From NCBI GenBank assembly GCA_002269645.1, contig NIVC01004207.1:1-55165 (forward strand): a stretch of DNA of 55,165 bases, written 5' to 3'. The position numbers and the translations under genes were made by a program. The notes beneath the pieces were generated by a model. That model was not told the origin of the DNA, did not search any database, and saw nothing but the letters and a program-made list of their open reading frames with translations. Shown here piece after piece: positions 1-10,410 of the stretch. The first letter of the stretch is position 1. Each line of letters opens with the position of its first letter. The DNA comes from Macrostomum lignano. Taxonomy: Eukaryota.

Positions 1-30
1 TACTTCTCTGACTCTCCCTCTTCGTCCCAG

Positions 31-804
31 GCGCCGTCGCACCTGGCGGCTGGACTTTGCCGTGAAGTTCTACCCGGCCCGGCCTGAGCTCCCGACGCCA
101 GCGCGAGGACCTGCGTGGCCCTGCAGGTCCGGCAGTGCCTGGTGGCGGGGCCCTGCCTTGCTCGACCATCGGCTACGCCCTGCTGGGCAGCTACCTCATG
201 CATGAGCGAGCTCGCGGCGACGGCGGAAGACTCGCCACGAAACAGGACGCGAACGGCCGCGGAAGACAACGAGCGCCGCCGCCGCCGCCGCGCCGCCGCC
301 GCCGCCGCCGCCGGCCTTCTGCCCGCCGGAGCTCCTGGCGACTCAGCGCGGCGTGGCGCGGCTCGCCCGCCGCCTGCAGCCGCCTGCCACGGCGGCCTGG
401 CCAGCCGGGACGCTGAGCGGGACCTGCTGGCCAACGCGCGCGGCTGGCAACCTACGGCCTGGATGTGCACGAGGCCAGGTGCATCGAAGCCGGCGGTGGC
501 AACGGCGGCCGGAGGGAGGTCGGCGAAGGCGAGAACGACGTGCTAGTCGGCGTTTGCTCCGACGGCCTGGTGCTGATGCGGCCGGGCGGGCTGCTGAGCT
601 GGCCAGGCTCACCTGGCCGAGGATCACCGCGCTGACGCATCGGGGCCGCGAAGTTCGAGTCGCACTGAGGCCCTGGCAGACGGCGAAGTCGACAACGGCG
701 ACGGCGACGGTGACGGCGACGGCAACGGTGCGACTCCGCTGCGGTAGCGGCCGGCTGGCAAAGCGGCTGTGGCGTTCGGCCGTGGAGCATCACGGATTCT
801 TCAG
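31..804 (+). CDS. FERM-domain exon with at least 5 frameshifts
   Basis: Acceptor cccag ends at 30; donor GT at 805 (phase 2). Conserved motifs switch between all three frames. Confidence 0.85.
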
Positions 805-3800
805 GTTGGTGGGGAGCTCCTTTTGGACTTAATCAACTTAGTAAGGTTGTATCTTACTAAATAATTGACCTGATATGGCTTCACCATGAGTCGATTCCAT
901 GATAAGACTCGATTCCATGAGTGCAGTCGCATTAATTTGAGGCTAAACTGGAATCTCGGCTTGGCTCTGCTCGTGCAATTAACGCAGCCAACCCCCAAGG
1001 CACAGTGAAGTGTACATGCCTAACGATAAATAAAGTTAGGGCCGCTGTACACTCCTGTGTGAGTGTGTGCCTGTGCGTATGACTGCGTACGTATCCGCGC
1101 GCTTGTGTGCCGCCTGCTCAGGAGAGTCGGCGGAATGGGGCAGTAATGCCTCTCGCCGGTTGTGCGACAATGTCGCTTAAAGTGTTCCAGGATGCACACA
1201 GCCACTGCATCTGATAAAAGCTAAAAGAATATCCCGAAGTTGAGCAGTGCAAGTTGATAATAATCCACGGATATTTAACATTCCACCAGGCTCCGGTCAC
1301 GTGACAGCTCGGCCCGTCAGCGCATCCATAGCGGCACAGTCCGACTAAGTCGAAGCTGCTGCAATGGCAACGGCTTCGGCGGCCTTCATCTCGACGAGTA
1401 TCCGACTCTAGAGCACTGCGGCAGCGGCGGTGGCATCAGCGCCTCCTCTCTGCAGCGCTCCATGTCCATGCCGCGGCAACGGCGAGCCGTCTCCATGAGC
1501 CGCGTGGCGGGTGAGCTTCTGTGCGCGTATATTCTACTTGCAGTAGATAGGTTAGCAAATCAAACAGGACTCGAGCCTAAGGAAAGAAAAAAGACCTTCT
1601 GTTCACACATATTTGTAGTTTAATAGTTTTTGTCTGACCTTTCTTACATCTCTCGATGGCGCTACTGTCTCTTGGTGGGCGCCCCCGGTCTCTCGGTGGG
1701 CGCTCCTGTGTCTTGGTGGGCTCCCCTGTCTCTTGGTGGGCGCTCCTGTCTCTTGTGGCGCCCCCGGTCTCTCGGTGGGCGCTCCTGTGTCTTGGTGGGT
1801 GCTCCTGTCTCTTGATGGAGGCTCCTGTCTCTTGGTGGGCGCCCCTGTCGCATGGTGGGTGTCCCTGTCTCTTGGTGGGCGTCCCTGTCTCTTGGTGGGC
1901 GTCCCTGTCTCTTGATGGAGGCTCCTGTCTCTTGGTGGGCGCCCCTGTCGCATGGTGGGTGTCCCTGTCTCTTGGTGGGCGTCCCTGTCTCTTGATGGGC
2001 GCCCCATTCTCATGGTGGGTGTCCCTGTCTTTTGGTGGGCGCCCCCTGTCTCTTGGTGGGCGCTCCTGTCTCATGGTGGGTGTCCCTGTCTGGTGGGCGC
2101 TCCTGTCTCTTGTTGGGCGCTTCTGTCTCTGGTGGGCGCCCCTGTCTGGTGGGCGCCCCTGTCTGGTGGCGCCCCTGTCTGGTAGGCGCCCCTGTCTGGT
2201 GGGCGCTCCTGTCTGGTGGGCGCCCCTGTTTGGTGGGCGCCCCTGTCTGGTGGGCGCCCCTGTCTGGTAGGCGCCCTGTCTGGTGGGCGCTCCTGTCTGG
2301 TGGGCGCCCCTGTCTGGTGGGCGCCCCTGTCTGGTGGGCGCCCCTGTCTGGTAGGCGCCCCTGTCTGGTGGGCGCTCCTGTCTGGTGGGCGCCCCTGTCT
2401 GGTGGGCGCCCCTGTCTGGTGGGCGCCCCTGTCTGGTAGGCGCTCCTGTCTGGTGGGCGCCCCTGTCTGGTGGCGCTCCTGTCTCTTGTTGGATCTGTTT
2501 CTCGGTTAGGAGACAGGACTTTACTTTCTAAACGCGCACATTCAAAAGTCAATTTACAATCGCAGGTTATCGTCAATGCGCGCAACCATTTTTCGTCTGT
2601 CAATTTCAGACACGCAGACAAGACCGGCCACTCTGGTCATCCCCGAGGATGTTGACGATCCAGTCGGGCAGGCGGCTGCCATGAGCGGCAGCGCTGCTAG
2701 CTGCAACATCCAGCAAGAAGAAACAGAAGACGGCGCCGAAAACAATGCGGATGCAGTCAATTTCAATGACGACCCTCGCATTGATGGTTCCAGAGAGACT
2801 AGGATGCCACTGAGGGATGATTCTGGCGGGACTCAGTCGTCAGATTGGCAGCCCGAGGTGGAAGATGGCGTTTTGACAAGTGTAATGGAGACGCTGCTTT
2901 TCCTTGAAAAAATTTATGAGATTTTTTCGACTACCGTTTACCCAGTTGGTTTTCCTCACATTCTAGGAAGTATCAGCATCGGAGAGAGCCACAATAGCGG
3001 ACTGCGCTACCAACAGCACGACAAATCGACGATTTCAATTCAATTCGAACTCGTCCTATTCGCGATACGATAGTTCAAGTGTAAGCTGGAAGTGAGATAG
3101 CTAGGAGAGATAACAATAACATTCACTAATAAATTAGACGCATTTTATTTTGTTCGTAGTAAAATCAGTGTTCTTAGTAAGCAGCTCTTTTTAGGCTAGA
3201 ATATATGATTGAATTATCATTGATGGCAAGGTGCCAGGGTTAACGTACGACTTCCTAGCGAGTCGAGGCGGGAATGAATGAAGCACCATTAGCCAGCCAA
3301 TCAGATTGGGGGTGGGGTTTGTAGTTCAAATAAGGTGAGGGAAGGAATTAATCATCATTAGCCAGCCAATCAGATTGGGGTGGGTTTATGTCGTTTAAAT
3401 AAGTAGACGGAAAGATTGAAGCATCATTAGCCAGCCAATCAGATTGGGGGTGGGGTTTGTAGTTCAAATAAGGAGAGGGAAGGAATTAATCATCATTAGC
3501 CAGCCAATCAGATTGGGGGGTTTATGTCGTTTAAACAAGGAGAGGAAGAGAATGCATGATTCATTCTTAGCCAGATAATCAGATTGGGAGGTAGCTGGGT
3601 TTGTCGTTCAAATAAGAATATCATTAGACAATAAATTGGATTGCCGGAGTCTTAACCAAATAACCGAACTAATCCATTAATTTCAGGCGGAATTCTATTC
3701 AGAGCAGGGGCCTCGGACCCCGACCACCTGCTCCGATGCTGCCTGGGGCTCCCCGGTCTCTAGGCAGCCACCAAGTGGGGAAGAAACTCCCAGCCGTCAG

Positions 3801-5415
3801 GCGCATTGCTATGCCGATGGCAAACGGGCGATGTATTTTCGAGTAAATTTAATTGTATTTTGGCAGTTTTTCAAAGTACATACGTACGCTCGTACAGAGC
3901 ATTCCTTGATATCAAACTCTTATAAATGTAGTCCTGGTTCTACCTGTTATAATGTATAAGCAATTTTAATTACTATAAGCTGTCTTTAAATTTTCAGTAC
4001 CCGCAAGCAGACACGCAGCAAGCGCAGCAGCAGTCAGCTGTGGCCTGCAGTTCAGCTACAAATTCCGAGTACACATCCTCGCCGAGCATTGTTGAGCCTC
4101 GTAGTAAATCGACTTCTGGAGTTGGTGCTAACAACCTGCTGATAGCGAAGAAATTAGCAGAGGGTCACTCATGGAGACTAGAACGGAGGTAAGACGTTCG
4201 ACAGTTATTGTCTAATGGTTGAATTTGATCTCTTACTCGGCTTCTGTTACTTTCTAATCAACAATAGCAGTCGATCAAAACTACAGTACAAGTAGTACTA
4301 AAAGTACATTCAGGTAGTTTGAGAAGAAAGGAAAAGAAAATAGTGCCTATTCAGTATCGATTGGTTTAGCCAAAGATCATATATACGCAAGATGGACCAC
4401 TCATTAGCCGCTTATGTGGCCAAAGAAGCTAATGTAAAAAGTTTTGCATCTCGCGACAGCGCGAAAATCAACTACTGAACTCAATTTCGTTAGTAGTCTC
4501 TGCAGTGCATGCACCATTCTTAATTTGATTAAGTAGCTTTTCATTTAATTCATCAAAAGTTATTACATTCTCAAAAAATAGCGTCTACGTCCTTAAGCTA
4601 CTGAACTCAAATTTAAGCAACCCATGTCGAAAGTGACGACATTCAAGTGACGAAAAACAGCGGTCGCACTTTCCCTATTGCCGCAATACAAAGTGGCCTA
4701 TCTAGGGAATACAAGATCTATGGTTTAGCTCCAGTTCACCCTAGATAGGGTTACCCAGCAGTGCTGAGATGCAATTATAGAAACGCCTGTACATTTGCGG
4801 CCACCATATAAACCCTAACCAACAATTAAGACCACAGAGATCAACGAGCCAATAGAAGAGGAGTTCAGCTACACGGACGAACACGGCAACCGAGTGACAC
4901 GCACTGTGTACGGTGTCGTAGAATCCGGAGGATTATCACTGATACTGTGGTTGAGTCGCCTCTGTCCGCCTGGCATTTGGTAAGCTGATACTATAGAGAC
5001 TGAGATACTATAGAGACTGAGACTGAGTACTCGTATTTTTACATGTAGGTATTGTATTTTCAGTGAAGAGTCCGTCAATCTGTAACCATGCAAGGATCAT
5101 ATGGAGCACGACAGGAGTCGCACAAGATGCGAATCTTAACTTTAATATGAAATTTTTATCAATAAATCTATTTCAGAAGTACTCGTAAAAGTTTTAAAAA
5201 CAATTTTTATTGATTAAAAAACCAAATTTACTTTAAACATAACAAATGACCTCACCTCAGACAGCTGAATCTTTTTCTCAACCCCCCCGCAGTACTGCCA
5301 GGACAATTCAGTGGACGAGGCTACAAGGTCCGCCGTGATGGAGCAGCTCCGATTGAAGCAAGCTCAACAGGCGGCCGGCAGCAACGGCGGCGGCCGTGAC
5401 GAAGGCTACGTGTGA
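31..5415 (+). CDS. Band 4.1-superfamily FERM protein gene, 3' portion (6 visible exons; 5' end outside the window)
   Basis: FERM motifs spread over several frames (WRLDFAVKFYP, LQVRQCLVAG, LPCSTIGYALLGSY, AERDLLANAR/LATYGLDVH, VGVCSDGL, WPRITAL, RLWRSAVEHHGFFR-L). Downstream exons are phase-compatible: 1290-1510, 2610-2857 (or 2881), 3998-4188, 4838-4979, 5293-5415. Confidence 0.8.
920..1203 (+). repeat. Dispersed repeat of about 285 bp, copy 1
   Basis: Near-identical to 25046-25333 (+) and partly to 29768-29968 (-). Confidence 0.9.
1290..1510 (+). CDS. FERM gene exon (LRSRDSSARQR...SMSRVA)
   Basis: ttccaccag acceptor; open frame; phase 2 in and phase 1 out; GTGAGC donor. Completes the canonical HHxFFRL motif. 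Confidence 0.7.
1664..2487. repeat. Minisatellite, 17-20 bp unit (tggtgggcgcccctgtc[tct])
   Basis: Directly visible tandem array inside a FERM intron. Confidence 0.95.
2610..2857 (+). CDS. FERM gene exon (DTQTRPATLVIPED...); donor ambiguous between 2858 and 2882
   Basis: tttcag acceptor in phase 1 matches the previous donor; lies within ORF 2576-3073. Confidence 0.55.
3283..3615. repeat. 69-bp tandem repeat x5 with palindromic CCAATCAGATTGG core
   Basis: Cores at 3297, 3366, 3435, 3504 and about 3575 (degenerate). Confidence 0.85.
3998..4188 (+). CDS. Probable FERM gene exon (YPQADTQQ...SWRLER)
   Basis: ttttcag acceptor, GTAAGA donor, open frame, phase 0 in and phase 2 out. Confidence 0.55.
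4838..4979 (+). CDS. Probable FERM gene exon
   Basis: ctaac branch-like motif, cacag acceptor, GTAAGC donor; phase 2 in and phase 0 out. Reading frame is uncertain. Confidence 0.45.
5293..5415 (+). CDS. Probable last FERM gene exon (YCQDNSVDEATRSAVMEQL...DEGYV*)
   Basis: Pyrimidine tract plus cag acceptor; phase 0; GC-rich codons; TGA followed by AT-rich sequence. Confidence 0.55.
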   Translation, partial: YCQDNSVDEATRSAVMEQLRLKQAQQAAGSNGGGRDEGYV

Positions 5416-5729
5416 TTTATATTGTGCATACCTACTGCCTATCTACCTACTAACATTTTAGACTTGAACAGTAGCAAGTTAAGCCTTTTTTCGTTTTTTA
5501 ATTTCATAAAAATTAAAGTAATGTTTTACTGTTTATGTGCTGAAGGTGGTAATGTAAAAAGTATTCAAAGACTATTAAAGATTTTTAACCAATTTTGACA
5601 ACATACATTTCACAGATCCAGGGTGCTTGCATGAAAGCCCTTGGACTTATTAATGAAGACAATAATGAGCAGAATGAGAGCATATTTAATGAAATAATCG
5701 CACAAATCTCATGTACAAACTAAAAGGAC

Positions 5730-6027
5730 CATACATGCGCAACCTCTGAAATTCGGTCGGCCATGCGACTTAGTTTTAACAAAAATGCGACGTAGTTTTT
5801 GGCCAAAAATGCGACTTACATGTAAAAAAACCCAAAAGCAAAATTAACGCAACTTTGGGTAAACGGCAGGAGTAACTATGACTGTATTATTAAGCCAAAA
5901 TGCCTCGTCAGCTACTTAGTACTACTACTTGATTATTTTTTCGGGTGGGCATTTTTGCGACTTTCTTGGTTGGCCGCCAAATCGGTCGGCCGGATCGGCC
6001 GACTCGGCCGACTGTTGCGCATGTATG
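5730..6027. mobile_element. hAT-type MITE copy A (298 bp) carrying a 28S rRNA fragment
   Basis: Perfect 14-bp TIR CATACATGCGCAAC; 8-bp TSD AAAAGGAC at 5722-5729 and 6028-6035. Confidence 0.9.
5857..5920 (+). other. 64-nt 28S rRNA-derived segment (R2/I-PpoI target region); not an rRNA gene
   Basis: GGGTAAACGGCAGGAGTAACTATGACT...AAATGCCTCGTCAGCTACTTAGT is colinear with the conserved LSU sequence recalled from memory; about 52/64 identical by hand. Confidence 0.85.
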
Positions 6028-6499
6028 AAAAGGACGCTACATTCGCTTGAGGTTAAAAAAACCTCTTGTATGAACCTTGGAAAAGCGCATAACTTGCGCC
6101 ATGAACAAAGGTAGCGTCCTTTTAATTTAGCTGTCCATGACAAATCTTAGCAAAAACGGTATATATATATACATTTAATCAGTAAAGCTTTGTAATGAAG
6201 CAGGTAGAAAATACGTTGGCGACAGGAAAAAGTGCAAGACAAAACGAACACGTTGAAAGAAAATGCACAAATCAATTTTAAATATTACATATCAGATCAA
6301 CAAAGCTTTTTGCAACAGTTCCAATGTCATCTGTGTCATTCTTACCGCGAAAAGTGGGTCGTTATTCATTGAGGCCAACCAAAACAAGCACAAACTGATG
6401 CTAGTCTGCAGACAGCGCAAGTAGCTTTTCAAGTACCGAAGGAAATAAAAAAAATGCCTGTTACTTTTTTGAACCTAGAAATTACCATTTGACGCGCTT

Positions 6500-6795
6500 T
6501 TCTGACAAATATTATGGCGCCCTCACTGACAACTATTTCGGCGCCCTCTCTGACAAAGTATCTGGCGCCTTACCTGACAACTAATTTGGCGCCTTCACTG
6601 ACAACTCTTTTGGCGCCCTCTCTGACAACTATTTTGGCGCCCTCTCTGACAACTATTTTGGTGCCTTCCTGACAACTATTTTGGCGCCTTACCTGACAAC
6701 TATTTTGGCGCCTTACCTGACAACTATTTTGGCGCCTTACTTGACAACTATTTTGGCGCCTTACCTGACAACTATTTTGGCGCCCTCCGACAATA
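6500..6795. repeat. 24-bp minisatellite (gacaactattttggcgccttacct)
   Basis: About 12 tandem units. Confidence 0.95.
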
Positions 6796-6851
6796 ATTAG
6801 AACATACTCGTAAGAAGAGCAGGAAGTCAATCTAGCGTCCTTAAATTGACT

Positions 6852-7340
6852 TCAGTGCCGGGGCACCATCGGCCGATGCAAGATCAGCGAACTGGCCGCC
6901 CCGCCGCTGTTTTGCTGAGTTGTCGATGCCGACGTCGACGCCGTCGATGCAGTGGTCGCAGATGTCGATATCGACAGCGTCGGTAGTCGGAACGGCGCAT
7001 GGCTTTGCTGACGGGCCACGCGACGACGCAGCTGTTGCAGGCTGGCGCTGGCGTCGTCGGCGGCATCCACTGGGGCGGGGGAGGCGCCGCAGGTCGCGAT
7101 GGCTGCCCGCCGCCGGTCAGCTCGAGCTGAGGATTCTCTCTAAGCATCTCTTGCAGCATCAGGTCGAGCGCGTCCTGATTGGGCTCCGGGATGTCCGGCC
7201 TGCTGCTGCCGCCGGCGCCGCCTCCGCCGCCATCAACGCCGGCTCGACTTTCGGCAGTATTGGCGGCGGTGACTTGGCGACGCGATGCGGCGGACAGAGC
7301 CTGCGAATAGAACCCAACTGAGGCTGCAGCGGCAACCCTA
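6852..7340 (-). CDS. Probable last exon of the bZIP gene, frameshifted
   Basis: GC-rich, protein-like segments in different frames (PPILPKVEP; PDIPEPNQDALDLMLQEMLRENP). Acceptor phase does not match cleanly. Confidence 0.4.
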
Positions 7341-9419
7341 CATCTAGCAATGCTGATTGCAAGCGAAACTTGAACCTATTAAGGATTAAAATTGAGAATC
7401 CTGTTGATTCCCAAATCCAGGCCAGAGCCTCTAAATCTCCAAATCCAGATCAGAGCCTCTAAATCTCCAAATCCAGATCAGAGCCTCTAAATCCCCAAAT
7501 CCAGATCAGAGCCTCTAAATCCCCAAATCCAGATCAGAGCCTCTAAATCCCCAAATCCAGACCGGAGCCTCTAAATCCCCAAATCCAGACCGGACACTCT
7601 AAATCCCCAAATAAAGATCGGACACTCTAAATCCCCAAATCCAGATCGGACACTCTAAATCCCCAAATCCAGATCGGACACTCTAAATCCCCAAATCCAG
7701 ATTGGACACTCTAAATCCCCAAATCCAGACCGGACACTCTAAATCCCCAAATCCAGACCGGACACTCTAAATCCCCAAATAAAGATCGGACACTCTAAAT
7801 CCCCAAATCCAGACCGGACACTCTAAATCCCCAAATCCAGACCGGACACTCTAAATCCCCAAATCCAGATTGGACACTCTAAATCCCCAAATCCAGACCG
7901 GACACTCTAAATCCCCAAATCCAGACCGGACACTCTAAATCCCCAAATCCAGACCGGACACTCTAAATCCCCAAATCCAGATTGGACACTCTAAATCCCC
8001 AAATCCAGACCGGACACTCTAAATCCCCAAATCCAGACCGGACACTCTAAATCCCCAAATCCAGATTGGACACTCTAAATCCCCAAATCCAGATCGGAGC
8101 CTCTAAATCCTTAAACCCGGAATTAAAATCCATGAATCGGAGCGTTAGAATTCCAAAATTCTAACTACCCCAAAACCCTGAAACGAATAATTAATAATAA
8201 TAAAAATAGTTACCCTAGACGCCTGTCCCTGGTCCTGCTGCTGCTGTAATCGCAACCGATGCCGCTCCTGATAAGCCGAGAACTCCTGCTCAATATCGAC
8301 TAAACGGCGTTCGTTCTCTTCAGTTGGCTGTCTCTCAATAAGCTCGCGCAGACTGTCTATGGTCTCGTTCAGGTAGACCAGCCTGCTCTCCAGCGACCTG
8401 TTGCGCTCCTGTCGAATTTTGGTTTTATAAGCACAATGGAAGACCGGGAAGGAAAGTTGCGAACTGGAAGGACTGGGAAGGGGCGATTCTGTAAGCAGCT
8501 TGGAGGTCCTTTATAGGCTGGGTTTAGGGCGATTCTGTAAGCAGCTTGGAGACCATTTATAGATGGGTTTAGGGCGATTCTGTAAGCAGCTTGGAGGCCA
8601 TTTATAGATGGGTTTAGGGCGATTCTGTAAGCAGCTTGGAGGCCATTAATAGATGGGTTTAGGGCGATGCTGTAAGCAGCTTGGAGGCCATTTATAGATG
8701 GGTTTAGGGAGATTCTGTAAGTAGCTTGGAGGCCATTTATAGATGGATTTAGGGCGATTCTGTAAGCAGCTTGGAGACCATTTATAGATGGGTTCAGGGC
8801 GATTCTGTAGGCAGCTTGGAGGCCATTTATAGATGGGTTTAGGGCGATGCTGTAAGCAGCTTGGAGGCCATTTATAGATGGATTTAGGACGATTCTGTAA
8901 GCAGCTTGGAGACCATTTATAGATGGGTTTAGGGAGATTCTGTAAGCCGCTTGGAGGCCATTTATAGATGGGTTTAGGGCGATGCTGTAAGCAGCTTGGA
9001 GGCCATTTATAGATGGGTTTAGGGCGATGCTGTAAGCAGCTTGGAGACCATTTATAGATGGGTTTAGGGCGATTCTGTAGGCAGCTTGGAGGCCATTTAT
9101 AGATGGGTTTAGGGCGATTCTGTAGGCAGCTTGGAGGCCATTTATAGATGGGTTTAGGGCGATTCTGTAGACAGTTGTAGGCACCAGTTTTATGAATATG
9201 AAGTCTAGCGGGTACCTGCAGCTGGTCAATCTGCTCGCGCATCCAGTCCTGCCGTTCGCGCACCCTCTGCCGGCTGCGCCTCACAGCCTGATTATTGCGC
9301 AGGCGCCGCTCCTCGTAGCCAAGGGTGCCCCGGTCTGGCGCGGGCTGGTTGCGCCTGGCTGGCACCTCTAGGTCGGCTGGGTCCAGCCCGAACTCGTCCT
9401 CTAGCTTGCGCTTGCGAGG
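6852..9419 (-). CDS. C/EBP-like bZIP transcription factor gene (exons 9419-9216, 8408-8214 and an uncertain last exon at about 7340-6852; 5' end not located)
   Basis: Basic region YEERRLRNNQAVRRSRQRVRERQ resembles the C/EBP RNNIAVRKSR signature. It splices in phase 0 to a leucine zipper, LQ-ERNRSLESRLVYLNETIDSLRELI. Confidence 0.8.
7410..8110. repeat. 28-bp minisatellite (ctctaaatccccaaatccagaccggaca) in a bZIP intron
   Basis: About 25 tandem units. Confidence 0.95.
8214..8408 (-). CDS. bZIP leucine-zipper exon (65 codons)
   Basis: gacag acceptor; AGG|GTAACT donor; open frame with leucine heptads. Confidence 0.8.
8480..9170. repeat. 45-bp minisatellite in a bZIP intron
   Basis: About 15 units; explains ORFs 8369-9229 and the tail of 8646-9548. 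Confidence 0.95.
9216..9419 (-). CDS. bZIP basic-region exon
   Basis: tttcag acceptor; CAG|GTACC donor. Confidence 0.8.
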
Positions 9420-10410
9420 CTGAAATTGCCAATTGCCTGCTTGTAATACGAGCGTAATTGTGCGCGTATGATTTACCTCAGTGTCTACTTTTATCAGTAG
9501 GATCTTCGGCACAAATAGTTTCATCAATTGTGCATTTTTTATAAACAATAACCGGTAGTTTCACCCCTAAACCAATTCAATTCGACAATTCGCTCTGACC
9601 CTTTTGCCCTCCCCCCAAGCCAATTTGGTTCGGTCACCAACCAGTTTGGCCACATCTACTGCCAAGCTGGCGAATGTTAGTTAATTAATTTTTTAGACTT
9701 TTCTTAGAAAAACACAATTCTTACCTATGCTTATATGAGCACCAAATTGTAATCCCTTCTGTCATAGCATTTACATTTAATATATTTCAGTTCAAGTTAA
9801 TAAAAAATAAGCATTGAATAGAGCTCTAAATATAACCTAATACCTAACCCAACTTAATTCTTTTTCTATGGTTAGAATGCCCAAGGCTGCATTTACCAAC
9901 TGACATTTAATGTTCTGTAGAATGTTTCAGTTCTGCCTGTCTGCAGACTCTACCAAACTACATTTTTATATAATCTCAATTGTGACCAAAACACAATAAA
10001 AACAATTTGGTTTATGAACAAAGCAGTTGGGGGAGTGAAATGTCCATGGCTGAAATGGTTTTGGGACAAACCAATTAGAACTTTTTGTAACTGGGCACAA
10101 ATAAAAGATGACCCTTTTAAGGTTATGAATGCACTGATTACATTGAGGATGAGATTGGTAAATGGACCACCTGGAAGTTCGCACTGACACTGCAGCCAGT
10201 TGTGGCCAAGATGGGCCATATAGCTAGTTAAGACCCCTAGCTTAAAAGGACCTTTCCAAAATCCCTGTGGTAATTTTGTCCAAGCAAATACTAGTAGCAA
10301 GAGTGCTTAGAGAAAGGCATAGATAATAAAAATGACACTATATTTTTGTTTAAACTCAGTGTTAGTATGAGCAAAGCTGCCTTACAAGTGACAACAATTT
10401 GATGGTTTCA

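Noticed and set aside
1577-2621. Long ORFs on both strands
   Set aside because: They are translations of the 17-20-bp minisatellite.
5857-5920. rRNA gene
   Set aside because: Only 64 nt, inside a MITE, with no flanking rDNA.
8480-9170. Shared AGAATCGCCC core between this array (minus strand) and the intron 5 array
   Set aside because: A 10-nt match with different unit lengths is insufficient to claim common origin.
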